DNA from: an uncultured Nitrososphaerota archaeon
GTDB taxonomy: Archaea > Thermoproteota > EX4484-205 > JAAOZP01
Length of the DNA: 64,000 bases
NCBI GenBank assembly: GCA_964416155.1
Contig: CAYQCW010000005.1
Span: 1 to 64,000, forward strand
Direction: 5' to 3'
Below, in pieces: positions 47,943-58,388 of this stretch. The position numbers and the translations under genes are program-made. The first letter of the stretch is position 1. The number at the start of each line of letters is the position of its first letter. Below the pieces are notes generated by a model, which was not told where the DNA came from, made no database searches, and saw only the letters and a list, made by a program, of their open reading frames with translations.

Positions 47943-48976
47943 GTGCTAAACCAGCTTGGACACGGCTGTTCGCAGTCTTATCAGGCGAGCACGATAGGCT
48001 TCCCGCTGCTGAGATCGAAGCAGTCTTCGAGGCTGAGAATGTTCCCCGGATTATCATAGAGGGCTTAACACAGGTCTACAGGTTCACCGCCCCGTTAGAG
48101 CCTGCTTCGAAAGCCTTCAAAAGACTGGGTTTATCACACTTCCTGTGTGAGGAGATAGGTGTTTTCAAACAAGGGGTTTCCTGCGATGAAATGGTTACCG
48201 CAGTATTGAGGGCGGGTTTAAACGGGAGCGTTGCGTTCAGGGTCAGGAGGATAAGGGGCAGTATTTCCCCGGAGGACGCTTTTGCTCTTGAAACAGGGTT
48301 GAACAGGAGGGCTTCTAAAACCCCTGGCATTACCGTCGACTTAGAGAATCCTGAGAACATTTTGGAGGTCGTGTCTTCAAACGGCTTCCTAATCTTGGGC
48401 AGGAGGGTTTGCAACAGTGCTAGGAGGAGCATAATGACTAGGAGCGGCGGCAGGAAACCTTTCTTCCATCCTTCAAGCCTTAAGGCTGAGCTTGCAAGAG
48501 CGATGCTGAACCTCGCCAGGGTTAGGGAGGGTAGTGTGGCGGTGGATCCGTTCTCCGGAACCGGGACGGTTCTGGTGGAGGCGCATGAGCTGCAAGCCTA
48601 CCCAATAGGGCTGGATGTTGATCCTTCGATGGCCTATTCTTCCCATAGAAACTACAGGTGGTTTCAGACACTCGTCTTCCAAGTCTTGGGGGATGCTAGA
48701 CACATGCCTTTTAGACGTGCCGACGCTGTGGTTACGGACCCGCCCTACGGGAGGAGGGCTTCGACACATGGTTTCGAGCCTCTAAGGCTCTATGAGGACT
48801 TCATAAGGGAAGCCTCGAGGATTCTCAGGGCTAAAGGATGGATTGTCTTCCTGGCTCCCAGCAGGCTGCCTGTTGAAAGAATTTTGGAGCTGAACGGTTT
48901 TGAGCTTAGGGAAAAGTTTCTCATAGAGGTTCACTCTAATCTGACAAGGAAGTTGCTGCTAGCTCTCATGGAATGA
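47939..48976 (+). CDS. tRNA (guanine(10)-N2)-methyltransferase, THUMP + MTase (Trm11/TrmG10), CTG start
   Basis: Frame open from CTG 47939 (CTGA overlap with prs stop). LFAVLSGEH...LP..EI.A N-terminus, PFFHPSSL, DPFSGTG, VTDPPYG. Confidence 0.88.
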   Translation: MSAKPAWTRLFAVLSGEHDRLPAAEIEAVFEAENVPRIIIEGLTQVYRFTAPLEPASKAFKRLGLSHFLCEEIGVFKQGVSCDEMVTAVLRAGLNGSVAFRVRRIRGSISPEDAFALETGLNRRASKTPGITVDLENPENILEVVSSNGFLILGRRVCNSARRSIMTRSGGRKPFFHPSSLKAELARAMLNLARVREGSVAVDPFSGTGTVLVEAHELQAYPIGLDVDPSMAYSSHRNYRWFQTLVFQVLGDARHMPFRRADAVVTDPPYGRRASTHGFEPLRLYEDFIREASRILRAKGWIVFLAPSRLPVERILELNGFELREKFLIEVHSNLTRKLLLALME

Positions 48977-49871
48977 ACTCTACGTCTACCAGCTCTGGGA
49001 GAACCTCTTCTTCTAGCCCAAGAAAGTAGGATAATGGTGTTAATGGAAGTACGTCATCTGTTTATTCATTTACTGTAATCCTAGTATTATTCAATGTTCT
49101 AAGGAACCCAGGTATTCTCATGCTCGTTATGATTCCAGTGTTTCTTTCGATGAATACGCTGGGCATGCTCCATATAGTGTTGTTACAGTAGTATATTATC
49201 TCCAGCGTATCGTTGCCCGCAGACTTAGAAAGAGCTTAATACATGCTCCATATCGGAGGCTCAGCGGAAAGCTCACTTACCCACCATGTTCGATTAAGCT
49301 CTGGTATACATACCTTGCCTTCCTTAAGATAGACAAAAATCGAAGACCTTAGATGCCTATACTGGGGAAGGCGGCGGGTAACTGCTTCGGCTCAATAACC
49401 CCAAGCGGGATGAACTCAGCGTTAAAAAGAATAATCTTGTCCTCCACGGGTTGGGAAAATGGTAGCAAAACACCCGCATCCCTCCCCTGCCGGTAGAACC
49501 TTTCAGTGCTCGCATCGTATTTGAAGATGGCAGGTCTTCTAAAGACTCTCTTCCCATCCCCACTATAAACGGAGTGGCCTACAACGTAGATTGTAAAGTT
49601 CAAAGCGTAGGTGTTCCCGCTTCTCTCTATTTCTAAGTTCAGAGATGCGTTGCGTCCAGCGAGTGTAGCGCGCGCTAGCTCCAGAATTTCCCCAGGCTCA
49701 ATTTCAATAAGACCCATGATAAACTTATATTTAAGCCTCAAAATCCCATTCTCCTCCAACCAGCTGAAGTAGTTAGGGTTTTGAGAGCTAGGGTTTCTAA
49801 GTCAAAAAGAGGATTGCTGTAGCTGAAGCGATAATAATGGGAATCAGAATGATGCTAAACCTTATTCCCAC
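48958..49871 (-). pseudogene. Disrupted gene for a secreted/membrane-anchored hypothetical protein
   Basis: N-terminal hydrophobic helix (GIRFSIILIPIIIASATAILFLT*) cut off by stop/frameshift from the 49349-49759 segment, with further broken frames downstream. Confidence 0.5.
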
Positions 49872-49963
49872 CCCTCCTTCCCCTTACTCTATACAACTGC
49901 TTGAAGATCTGCTATAAACTTTACGGAGTTAAACGTTATATTTCGCGAGGCTATTAATAAAAC

Positions 49964-50890
49964 GTGTTGAAGAAGCGCCAGCCGTTCGGAAGACTGCTAT
50001 TTCTGGGGACTTCTGCCGCAGTCCCAACCGTCAGCAGGAGTCACCCTTGCATAGCTCTCTGGTGGAGGGGGGAGGTGCTGCTCTTCGACTGCGGGGAGGG
50101 TGCTCAGAGACAGTTGATGAGCGCCGGCCTCAGCTTCGAAAAAATATCAAACATATTCATAACGCATATGCATGGGGATCATGTTCTGGGGCTTCCGGGG
50201 CTGCTTATGACGATGACTCTTCAAAACAGGAGGAGGCCTCTCAACATATATGGTCCGAAAGGGCTTAAATCGTTCATCGAATCCTGCCTGCCGATGATAT
50301 TCTACCAGCCTATTTTCCAGATCAGCATCAAGGGGGTTGAGAACGGTCTAGTCGCCTCCGGAAGGAAGTATAAGGTTTATTCGCATGATGTCAGGCATTC
50401 TGTTGAATCCTATGCTTACTGTTTCAAGGAGGATGATAGGCCTGGCAGGTTCAATGTTGAGAAGGCTGAGGAGCTAGGTGTCAAGCCTGGGCCCTTGAGG
50501 AGCATGCTGGTTAAGGGTAAGCCGGTAACGCTTGAGGACGGTAGGATTATTAGGCCTGAGGATGTTGTTGAACCCTCTCGCCCAGGGGTTAAGATCGTTT
50601 ACACGGGTGACATGGGGAATACTCCCGGCTTCGAGGAATTCTGCATGAATGCTGATATTCTTATTCACGAGGCTACTTTCGACGAAAGCATGAGTAGCGA
50701 GGCGGGTAGTCTTCAACACTCGACCTGTGTTGAGGCTGCAAAGCTGGCTGCTGCTGCACGCGTCAAGAAGCTCATACTTACTCACGTAAGCTCCAGGTAT
50801 GGTGATGCTTTAATCCTGCTTGAACAGGCTAGTAGGTTTTTCAAAGACGTTCGGATCGCTGAAGACTTTCTATCTATCGAAATTTTTTGA
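49964..50890 (+). CDS. rnz: Ribonuclease Z
   Basis: FLGTSAAVP, DCGEG, THMHGDH, PGP exosite, YTGD, HEATF, HST, LTHVSSRY. Confidence 0.96.
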   Translation: MLKKRQPFGRLLFLGTSAAVPTVSRSHPCIALWWRGEVLLFDCGEGAQRQLMSAGLSFEKISNIFITHMHGDHVLGLPGLLMTMTLQNRRRPLNIYGPKGLKSFIESCLPMIFYQPIFQISIKGVENGLVASGRKYKVYSHDVRHSVESYAYCFKEDDRPGRFNVEKAEELGVKPGPLRSMLVKGKPVTLEDGRIIRPEDVVEPSRPGVKIVYTGDMGNTPGFEEFCMNADILIHEATFDESMSSEAGSLQHSTCVEAAKLAAAARVKKLILTHVSSRYGDALILLEQASRFFKDVRIAEDFLSIEIF

Positions 50891-51442
50891 GAGAATTTCC
50901 TTCAGCTTGCTTTCAACTGTTTCAGCAAGATTCTTCAGGCTTCCGTCGTTCACTACGTAGACGTCGCTTAAAGCAAGCACCTCCCCCAGCCCTACTGAAA
51001 GCTCCACCTTATCCCTCTCCTCAAGCTCCCTGAGCATCTTAGGGTCGTCGGGCCTGTTTCTCTTGGAAAGCCTACTGTATCTAAGGCTTATTGGAGCCAA
51101 TACTCCAACCAGAATTACAGAATATCCTTCAGAATTAAAGTATTCTACTTCTCTCAACGATCGCACCCCTTCCACCACAGCACACTCCTCTCCTAAATTC
51201 TCAATCTTCCTCTGCACAAGCTTGGCAACAGCATCATTACCCAGTTCCCTCCTAAGTTCAACCATAAACCTGCTCATCGACACTATGTCTCCGCCTACTC
51301 CGCGAGCTTCAGCCTCCTCCCGGACAGCGTCTCCCATGGAAACTACTGTAAAACCATGTTTACCGATAATCTTTGCAACCGTCGTCTTACCTGAGCCCGG
51401 CATTCCGGCGATAAGGATCAGTCGCTTCAATAAGCGTCTCAA
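50870..51442 (-). CDS. Nucleoside monophosphate/dephospho-CoA kinase-like P-loop protein (UPF0200)
   Basis: AGMPGSGKT, SMGDAVRE, EGVRS, R.RPDD. Confidence 0.85.
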   Translation of the reverse strand: MRRLLKRLILIAGMPGSGKTTVAKIIGKHGFTVVSMGDAVREEAEARGVGGDIVSMSRFMVELRRELGNDAVAKLVQRKIENLGEECAVVEGVRSLREVEYFNSEGYSVILVGVLAPISLRYSRLSKRNRPDDPKMLRELEERDKVELSVGLGEVLALSDVYVVNDGSLKNLAETVESKLKEILSKNFDR

Positions 51443-51486
51443 ACGTGACGGTAAGGTATATAAATTCTTACCCAGTTTTCATTGGG

Positions 51487-52038
51487 ATGGTGAGAGTATT
51501 CGTTTCAATGGATGTTGAAAACGAGAATGTAAGCCGGAGAATACTTGAGGTTCAGAGGAGGCTTGTTGAAACCGGGGCTGACCTGAAGCTGGTCGATACG
51601 AATATTCTTCACTTAACACTATTCTTCATAGGGGAGGTTCCTGAAAGCATGGTTAACACGATGTGTGAAAGACTTTCCGAAGCTGAGGGCAGCCCGATTG
51701 AAATAGAGCTAAGGGGCCTTGGAGCTTTTCCAACTGTTTCACAACCCAGGGTTGTCTTCGTGAGAATCGGGAGGGGGAGTAAGGAGCTTGTTGAAAGGGC
51801 TGAGCAGGTTTCAAAAGCCTTGTCCAAAATAGGTTTCAGGATGAACGAGCAGTTCTCCCCACACTTGACCATCGCAAGGGTTAGGAGCCGTTTAAACATG
51901 GATAAGCTTATCCTTTTCATCAAGAGTAACGGGGATATCCTTATGGGAGAGACTCCTACAAGCAGGCTCAGGCTTAAGAAGAGTACCCTGACGCCACGGG
52001 GACCAGTATACGAAACCCTCTGGGAAAAAATTGATTAA
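51487..52038 (+). CDS. thpR: RNA 2',3'-cyclic phosphodiesterase (2H family)
   Basis: Two HxT motifs (HLTLFF, PHLTIAR), STLTPRGPVY, adjacent to cca. Confidence 0.93.
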   Translation: MVRVFVSMDVENENVSRRILEVQRRLVETGADLKLVDTNILHLTLFFIGEVPESMVNTMCERLSEAEGSPIEIELRGLGAFPTVSQPRVVFVRIGRGSKELVERAEQVSKALSKIGFRMNEQFSPHLTIARVRSRLNMDKLILFIKSNGDILMGETPTSRLRLKKSTLTPRGPVYETLWEKID

Positions 52039-52060
52039 CAGGCATCCGTGTCAATAATAT

Positions 52061-53467
52061 ATGCCGAATACTCTTCAAGAGGTTGTCCAGGAGGCTCTGA
52101 GAAGGGTTAAGCCCAGTTTAGAGGAGGAGGAGCGTGTTAACAGGATGCTTTCAAAAACTGTTTCAATGCTTAGGGAAGAGTTTAACAGGTTTGAGCCTGA
52201 AGCCGAGGTTCTCATAGAGGGATCCGTTGCTAAGGACACTTGGCTTAGCGGCGAGACGGATGCAGATATCTTCGTAAGGTTCCCCGTTAAATGGAAGAAG
52301 GATGAAATGGGGGAAACCCTGATAGAGAGTGTTAAAAAAATATTTGGACCGGAGAAATGCAGGCTCCGGTTTGCGGAGCACCCGTATGCAACGGTTAGGG
52401 TGGATAATATCAACGTGGATATTGTTCCATGCTACAGGGTTGAGAAAGGTTTCTACAAGAGTGCAACCGATAGGACTGTTTTCCACACGGAGTTCGTGAA
52501 GGAGAAGCTGAGCCTTGAGCTTAGGGATGAGGCTCGGCTCCTTAAAAGGTTCTTCAAGGGAATAGGGGTTTACGGTGCAGAGATAAAGACGAGGGGGTTC
52601 AGCGGCTTCCTAGTTGAGCTCCTCGCATACTCTTTCGGCGGCTTCGTTAAAACCCTGGAAGCACTTAGGGACTTTAAGCCTCCTCTTATACTGGATCCTG
52701 GTGGGCTCTACGAGAATAGGGAGGAGGAGCTTGCTAGGAGGGCTAGGGGCAGCCTGCTATGCGTCATAGATCCTGTGGACGAGCTTAGGAATGTAGCCGC
52801 CGCGGTTAGTGGCGAGAGCCTAAGCATGGCACAGTACGCTGCTCGCATGATGCTTGAGAAGCCTTCTATAGAGTTTTTCTACCCTGTCTACAGGACGTCT
52901 AGGGAGGAGCTTAAGGAGATTGTGAGAAGCAGGGGGCTCAACATCGTTTCAATCACGATACCGGCTTGGACGAGCATCCCGGATATTCTATGGGGCCAAG
53001 CCTACAGGCTTCTTTCAAGGCTCAGCGGCTTTCTTGAGGAAAACGAATTCGGGGTATTGATGGATAGAGCTTGGAGCGACGAGGAGAAGCATGTTGTTCT
53101 GTTATTCATACTGGAGGAGGCTGAGAAGAAGACGGCCATACTCCACATGGGTCCACCGTACTTCAGCAGCAATGTGCCCAGGTTTGTTGAAACCTATTTG
53201 AGCAGCGAGAGGATGCTGATCCACCCGTTTCCGCGGAACGGAAGATGGTGGACTGTTCTTAAGCCTAAAGTAAGTGATGTCGGGGAAGCTATTTCTAGAT
53301 TCTTTTCTTCAAGCGAATCTTTGAAGGGTTTTTCGGAAAAGATCCTTGAGTCTCTCTTAAGATCCACCGTATGCTTGGGCGATAGCGTTGTGGATGCGGT
53401 TGAAAATCCCGAATACGCTTCTTTCTTAGAAAGATGTATAAACCCCTTTCCTTGGCTTTCTAAATAA
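52061..53467 (+). CDS. cca: Archaeal CCA-adding enzyme
   Basis: EGSVAKDTWL..ETDADIF, FAEHPY, SATDRT..HT, GVYGAE, GFSG. Confidence 0.96.
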   Translation: MPNTLQEVVQEALRRVKPSLEEEERVNRMLSKTVSMLREEFNRFEPEAEVLIEGSVAKDTWLSGETDADIFVRFPVKWKKDEMGETLIESVKKIFGPEKCRLRFAEHPYATVRVDNINVDIVPCYRVEKGFYKSATDRTVFHTEFVKEKLSLELRDEARLLKRFFKGIGVYGAEIKTRGFSGFLVELLAYSFGGFVKTLEALRDFKPPLILDPGGLYENREEELARRARGSLLCVIDPVDELRNVAAAVSGESLSMAQYAARMMLEKPSIEFFYPVYRTSREELKEIVRSRGLNIVSITIPAWTSIPDILWGQAYRLLSRLSGFLEENEFGVLMDRAWSDEEKHVVLLFILEEAEKKTAILHMGPPYFSSNVPRFVETYLSSERMLIHPFPRNGRWWTVLKPKVSDVGEAISRFFSSSESLKGFSEKILESLLRSTVCLGDSVVDAVENPEYASFLERCINPFPWLSK

Positions 53468-54200
53468 GCGTTAGAAAAAGCTTAGCCGAGTCAAACATCT
53501 TAACGTTGTTGAACAGCACGTAGACTTCCTCAGCATCCTCAAGACCCTCTATCAGCGTTTTCAGCCTCTTCAAATCTTCACGGCTATACTCGTACTTATA
53601 ATTATAGCGCTTCCCGAGCCCGTGAAGCCTAAAGTAGTACACGCCTCTAGTAAGAGGCTGATCCCAGAAAGGATCTACCACGTGAGTAAGGTCAAGCTTC
53701 TCCAGAATGCTTTTCGTCACGCTTTTCCTCTCAAGCCATTCTCCCCGCGGTTCCCAAGCCAGTCTAACTCCCCCCCTGTCTATCTCCCCCAGGAATTTCC
53801 TAATGTTGCCGATGTTTTTCGGGGAAGGGGTGAAGCTCGGGGGAGTTTGGAACACGGCTATCTTGGCGTCAAGCCTCTTAACTATTTCCAGGGTTCTAAG
53901 CCATGCTTCCAAGGTTTTTCTCGAAGGGTTGAAATCGCCATAACCCTTAAGCTCGTTCTTACTTAAACCGCTCCTTTTCCAAGTCGGGCTGTCAGGCAGA
54001 TGCGTTATCCCCTGCCAGACTTTCACAGTGAACTCAAAGCCCTCAGGGGCTTGAGCCCTCCATTTTTCAGCCGTCTCCACCCTTGGAAGCTTATAGAAGG
54101 TCGACTGGGTCTCGACTAGGCTGAACTCGGAGAAATATTTCTGCATTGAGACAGGATAGCCGCAGCAACCAACTTTAATCACGGTCAACCCGATTATCAT
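53460..54200 (-). CDS. DUF72 family protein
   Basis: VGCCGY, VETQSTFY, QTPPSF, WEPRG, YFRLHG, YVLFNN. Confidence 0.92.
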   Translation of the reverse strand: MIIGLTVIKVGCCGYPVSMQKYFSEFSLVETQSTFYKLPRVETAEKWRAQAPEGFEFTVKVWQGITHLPDSPTWKRSGLSKNELKGYGDFNPSRKTLEAWLRTLEIVKRLDAKIAVFQTPPSFTPSPKNIGNIRKFLGEIDRGGVRLAWEPRGEWLERKSVTKSILEKLDLTHVVDPFWDQPLTRGVYYFRLHGLGKRYNYKYEYSREDLKRLKTLIEGLEDAEEVYVLFNNVKMFDSAKLFLTLI

Positions 54201-54260
54201 TGTTAACTGGTTGCTTAAACTTTTCCCGGGGAAAGCTTAATACCCCCTGCTTATAGGGGG

Positions 54261-55283
54261 ATGAGCTGCTGGAAAATGCTCACGGTCATCGTGTCGGGTT
54301 TCTTCGGCGACGAGGGAAAGGGGAAGATCGCCGCCTTCCTGGCGCTTAAGGAGCGTCCGAAGATAACTGTTCGCGCGGGCTCCGTTAACGCGGGGCATAC
54401 CGTAGTATATCGTGGCGTAACTTATAGGCTTAGGCTGGTGCCCTGCTCGTTCATAGTTCCAGAGACAAGGCTTCTGATAGGTGCTGGTGCAAACGTGGAC
54501 TCTAGGGTTTTCACAGAAGAGGTTGGTTTACTCGGTGTTAAGGGAAGGGTTTTCATAGATGGTAACGCCTCAGTTATTGAGGAGAAACATGTCGAGGCTG
54601 ACAGGCACAACGGTTTCTTCAGAGAGTTCATAGGGACAACGGGTACGGGTGTTTCTCCAGCACTGGTCGACAGGGTTGCTAGGAGAGCTATGCTTGTTAA
54701 AGATGTTCCAAGCCTAAAGAGCTACGTTACGGACGTTGCCGAGGAGGTTAACTCCGCACTAGACAGAGGGGAGAACGTCCACCTTGAGGGTACACAGGGC
54801 TTCTACCTTAGCCTTTACTATGGAACATATCCTTACGTGACTGGGAGGGACACTACTGCTGCAGCGGTGTGCAGCGAATGCGGCGTTGGTCCAAAGAAGG
54901 TTGACGAGGTGGTTCTCGTTTTGAAAAGCTTCGTGACTAGAGTTGGCAACGGCCCCCTTGACGGGGAGCTCTCCCCGGAGGAAGCCGAGAAAAGGGGCTT
55001 TGTTGAGAGGGGAACTGTAACCGGTAGGCTTAGAAGAGCCGCCCCATTTAATTTTCAGATGGCTAGACGTGCAGCCATCGTAAACAGTGCAACCCAAATA
55101 GCTGTTACAAAACTGGATGTCTTGTTCCCAGAGTGCTCCCACGCTAGGAGGAGGGAGGAATTGTCGGACGAGTGCTTGCGCTTTCTGCGAAAAATCCAGG
55201 ATGAAACAGGCGTCCCGGTGACGTTAGCCAGTACTGGTGCTGAGGCGGAGGACACCGTTTACATCGGTCTAGGGGGAGTGTAA
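54261..55283 (+). CDS. purA: Adenylosuccinate synthetase, short archaeal form (start may be 54276)
   Basis: GFFGDEGKGK, NAGHT, EGTQG, GTYPYVT, GTVTGRLRR. Confidence 0.96.
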   Translation: MSCWKMLTVIVSGFFGDEGKGKIAAFLALKERPKITVRAGSVNAGHTVVYRGVTYRLRLVPCSFIVPETRLLIGAGANVDSRVFTEEVGLLGVKGRVFIDGNASVIEEKHVEADRHNGFFREFIGTTGTGVSPALVDRVARRAMLVKDVPSLKSYVTDVAEEVNSALDRGENVHLEGTQGFYLSLYYGTYPYVTGRDTTAAAVCSECGVGPKKVDEVVLVLKSFVTRVGNGPLDGELSPEEAEKRGFVERGTVTGRLRRAAPFNFQMARRAAIVNSATQIAVTKLDVLFPECSHARRREELSDECLRFLRKIQDETGVPVTLASTGAEAEDTVYIGLGGV

Positions 55284-55331
55284 TCCTAATGGAAATAGTA
55301 AATAGGATTTCTTTTTGCCCAGTTTTTCAGC

Positions 55332-56057
55332 TTACTGCTGGTTTTGCATGACGTTTTGAAGCCTTACTACGAGCGGGCTGTCTGCGTCGCGCTGCCTGTT
55401 ACCATTGTTGATAGCTCTCAACAGCTCTATGAAGTTACTTACTCTCTGTTGAGTCACTACTTCTGGAGACATCTTCTGCCTCAAGTTTTTTAGCCTCGCC
55501 ATTATCGACTCCGTCTCCTTTATCTCTAGAAGAGTTATGTCCAGGCTGGTCTCCAGCATTGTTTCAGCAGCCTTATAGCTTATCTCATCCACCTCGCCTG
55601 TTGAAAGCTGAACCTTGTTTATGGATCTAACTCTCATAAGTGTGTCCAACCTGTTTTTAAGCTCCTCCTGAATCTTGCTGAGCTCTGAAGATAATTCTAC
55701 AACCTTGTTGCTGAGCTCATTCATATCCTTTAAATATGTTCCCTTAAGCTCATCATATATGTTTGTAGGTATCTGGTGTTCCTGCCTCAGGTTTTCAAGC
55801 GCCTCAAGCCTCCTCCTAGTTATCTCAATGCCTCTTATCAGACTCTCAGCCTTTATTTTCCAGAAGTTTTTCAACAGGACATAGTCTTTCCCAGCCTCCA
55901 CAGCCTCCCCGTCCACCTTTATGAAACCACCGTTTGGCATCATTATGAAGAACTTTGAGGGCATGCCCCTAGGGTCTATTTCGAAGCCAACCAAGGTTCC
56001 TATTTCTCTGTCGTAAACATCCTTAACAGGTAAGCCTAGAATCCTACTGTTATCCAT
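55332..56057 (-). CDS. cdvA: CdvA-like cell division protein
   Basis: N-terminal PRC barrel (LGLPVKDVYDREIG), long coiled coil (RRRLEALENL), C-terminal SPLVVRL peptide. Confidence 0.8.
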   Translation of the reverse strand: MDNSRILGLPVKDVYDREIGTLVGFEIDPRGMPSKFFIMMPNGGFIKVDGEAVEAGKDYVLLKNFWKIKAESLIRGIEITRRRLEALENLRQEHQIPTNIYDELKGTYLKDMNELSNKVVELSSELSKIQEELKNRLDTLMRVRSINKVQLSTGEVDEISYKAAETMLETSLDITLLEIKETESIMARLKNLRQKMSPEVVTQQRVSNFIELLRAINNGNRQRDADSPLVVRLQNVMQNQQ

Positions 56058-56176
56058 TGCTAATGGATTGTTTATGGCTGTTTATTTAACATAATTCTAA
56101 AAAGGCGTTGACAATACGCGACAATATTTTTGACATCCTCTATGGTTCTTTAAAGACGGGTAGCATTTTTTATTGA

Positions 56177-58387
56177 TTAATCGCTGAATTCGTTGAGGCT
56201 TGTCTGAACACCCTCCTCCTTACGCCTCCTCTCCCATTCTTCGCTACGTATCATCCCCCCCGCCTCCTTCTTAATGTTTAAAGCAAGTTTTTGACCAATG
56301 CCGGGTATTCTTGAAAGCTCCGCAACGCTTGCAGAGGCTATTTCCGAAACCTTTTTGAAACCATGGTTGTAAAGCCTTCTCGCCCTAACCCTTCCAACCC
56401 CCTCCAGGCATGATGCTAGCTCGATGAGCTCAGGCTTGACACCATACTCTATCCTCGCCTCAAGCTCACCGAATCTTTTTACAGCGTCGAAATCCTTCAC
56501 CAGCCTGGCTATTTCCTTCGCCGAGTAAGCTAGCCATTGAGCAGTCTCCTTACATGCGTAAAGATCTCCTGGTTCAACGCCAAGCTTAAGGTAGATATCG
56601 TCTTCACTATACTCGTTTATCCACATCCAGAGAGCCGCCGTCGTCTTGTAGGTTTCCATCGGGTCAACATCCCCTGTGTCCACGTAAAGCTCTTCCTCAT
56701 GCCTGCCTACGAAATCCACTACAATGCTCTCGGTAGACCCGGTTACGCTGAACTTCAGCCTCATATCTGGGGATGCACATATGAGGTTTAACCCGCTTAC
56801 TTCGGTGAAGACGCGCGGCTTATTCTTCAAACCGTTGAGGAACATTATTCCGGTGGAGGGAGAGATATACAGCTCCGATATTCTCCTACCTAAAGGCGTT
56901 GCCTCGAGAAAACCATTCTTCTCAAAGATAAGCCCGTCTTCCATGAGAATCTTAAGCACCCGCTTTAAACGGGTTGAAACCCCCTTCCCCTTCTGAACAT
57001 GGTAGAGGGTGTTTCGGAAAACTTCAACCATGCCTTTAACATCAGTAGCTATCCTACTGGCTACGCACGCCAGTATCGCTGTCGAGAAGTATGTTCCTAA
57101 GCCGAGCTTGGAGGTTATTTTTTCAGCAGTCGAGTCAACGTATCTCGCGATAAGGTAGTCAACGTCATTCTCATTCCTAGCGTAGATCACTGCTTCACCA
57201 AACTTATCGTATTTCGGTCTCCCAGCTCTACCCGCCATCTGCTTATACTCCATAACGGTTATCATGTTGCTGACGTGCGTTTCAGGGTCAAACCTGTTTA
57301 CTGAGGTTACGCAAACAACTCTTGCAGGAAGATTGACGCCTGCTGCAAGCGTGGGAGTCGCCGTAATGACTTTCAACAGCCTTTCTTTGAAAGCCTTCTC
57401 AATCGTTCTACGCTGGAATGTTGTTAACCCTGCGTGGTGGAATGCAACCCCTTTTTCAACGACGCTCGCAAGGTCTTCCCCAATTATAGTAGACTCGCTG
57501 TTCTCCCTTATCTCTGCAGCAAGCTCTCTAAGCCTCTCCCTTTCTCTCTCAGAAAGGTGAAGGTAAGATACTGAGGAGAGTTTCCTCGCCAAGTATACTG
57601 TTTTCTTCCTTGTTTCGACAAAGAAGAGGGCTTGACCTCCTTCTCTCAGAGAATGGGCGAGCAATACGTGTAAGGGTTCGTCGAAATCCCCGCCTAAATC
57701 AACAATACTGCCATCGTTAAAAATGATTTTCGAATCGTAGAGAACTCCTTCCCTCAGGCTGACGGGCCTCCAGTCTGAGACAACACATTTAGCGTCCAGC
57801 CATTTCGCAACCTCGTCGGCGTTGGAAACCGTGGCGCTTAAAGCTATGAGTTGTGCTTTAGGAAGAATCCTTCTCGTAAAGGATACTAGGGTTTCAATTC
57901 CTGGGCCACGGTCCTCAGAGTCAACGTAATGGATCTCGTCGAATATTACGAGGTTTACTTCATCAATCCATCTGGGCCTATGCCTGATTATAGAGTCGAA
58001 CTTTTCATAGGTTGCAATGATCACATCATAATCTGCAAGTTCCTCCGCCTTCGAATCATAATCTCCGGTTGCTAGGGCTACCCTGACGCTTCCTTTCAAA
58101 CCCTTAATCTTCCTGAGGATGTTGAAATCAACGTATTTCTCCCAAGCGATTGCCCTTAGCGGTACCAGGTATACTGTTTTACCGCCCTCGTTTTCAAGCT
58201 TATGTACAGCAGCCAGCTGTGCCACCAGCGTTTTACCGGAGGCTGTGGGCACAGCCAGCAGAAGGTTTTCCCCTTTAAACAGCCCTGCTTCAACAGCCTG
58301 TTCTTGCGGTGGGTAAAGAGTTTTAAAACCCGCCTTAAGAAGTTCGTCCTTAGCCTCCTTGCTTAGGGGCAGCTCTGCAAGTTCCAT
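56177..58387 (-). CDS. hel308: Hel308/Hjm Ski2-like DNA helicase
   Basis: PTASGKT, DEIH, LSAT, FHHAGL, TPTLAAGVNLPA, QMAGRAGRP, GVGRVRARRLY, HhH. Confidence 0.95.
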   Translation of the reverse strand: MELAELPLSKEAKDELLKAGFKTLYPPQEQAVEAGLFKGENLLLAVPTASGKTLVAQLAAVHKLENEGGKTVYLVPLRAIAWEKYVDFNILRKIKGLKGSVRVALATGDYDSKAEELADYDVIIATYEKFDSIIRHRPRWIDEVNLVIFDEIHYVDSEDRGPGIETLVSFTRRILPKAQLIALSATVSNADEVAKWLDAKCVVSDWRPVSLREGVLYDSKIIFNDGSIVDLGGDFDEPLHVLLAHSLREGGQALFFVETRKKTVYLARKLSSVSYLHLSERERERLRELAAEIRENSESTIIGEDLASVVEKGVAFHHAGLTTFQRRTIEKAFKERLLKVITATPTLAAGVNLPARVVCVTSVNRFDPETHVSNMITVMEYKQMAGRAGRPKYDKFGEAVIYARNENDVDYLIARYVDSTAEKITSKLGLGTYFSTAILACVASRIATDVKGMVEVFRNTLYHVQKGKGVSTRLKRVLKILMEDGLIFEKNGFLEATPLGRRISELYISPSTGIMFLNGLKNKPRVFTEVSGLNLICASPDMRLKFSVTGSTESIVVDFVGRHEEELYVDTGDVDPMETYKTTAALWMWINEYSEDDIYLKLGVEPGDLYACKETAQWLAYSAKEIARLVKDFDAVKRFGELEARIEYGVKPELIELASCLEGVGRVRARRLYNHGFKKVSEIASASVAELSRIPGIGQKLALNIKKEAGGMIRSEEWERRRKEEGVQTSLNEFSD

Positions 58388-58388
58388 C

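Noticed and set aside
54222-54234. Palindrome TTTCCCGGGGAAA between DUF72 and purA
   Set aside because: Short, and explained by back-to-back BRE/TATA elements of two divergent promoters.
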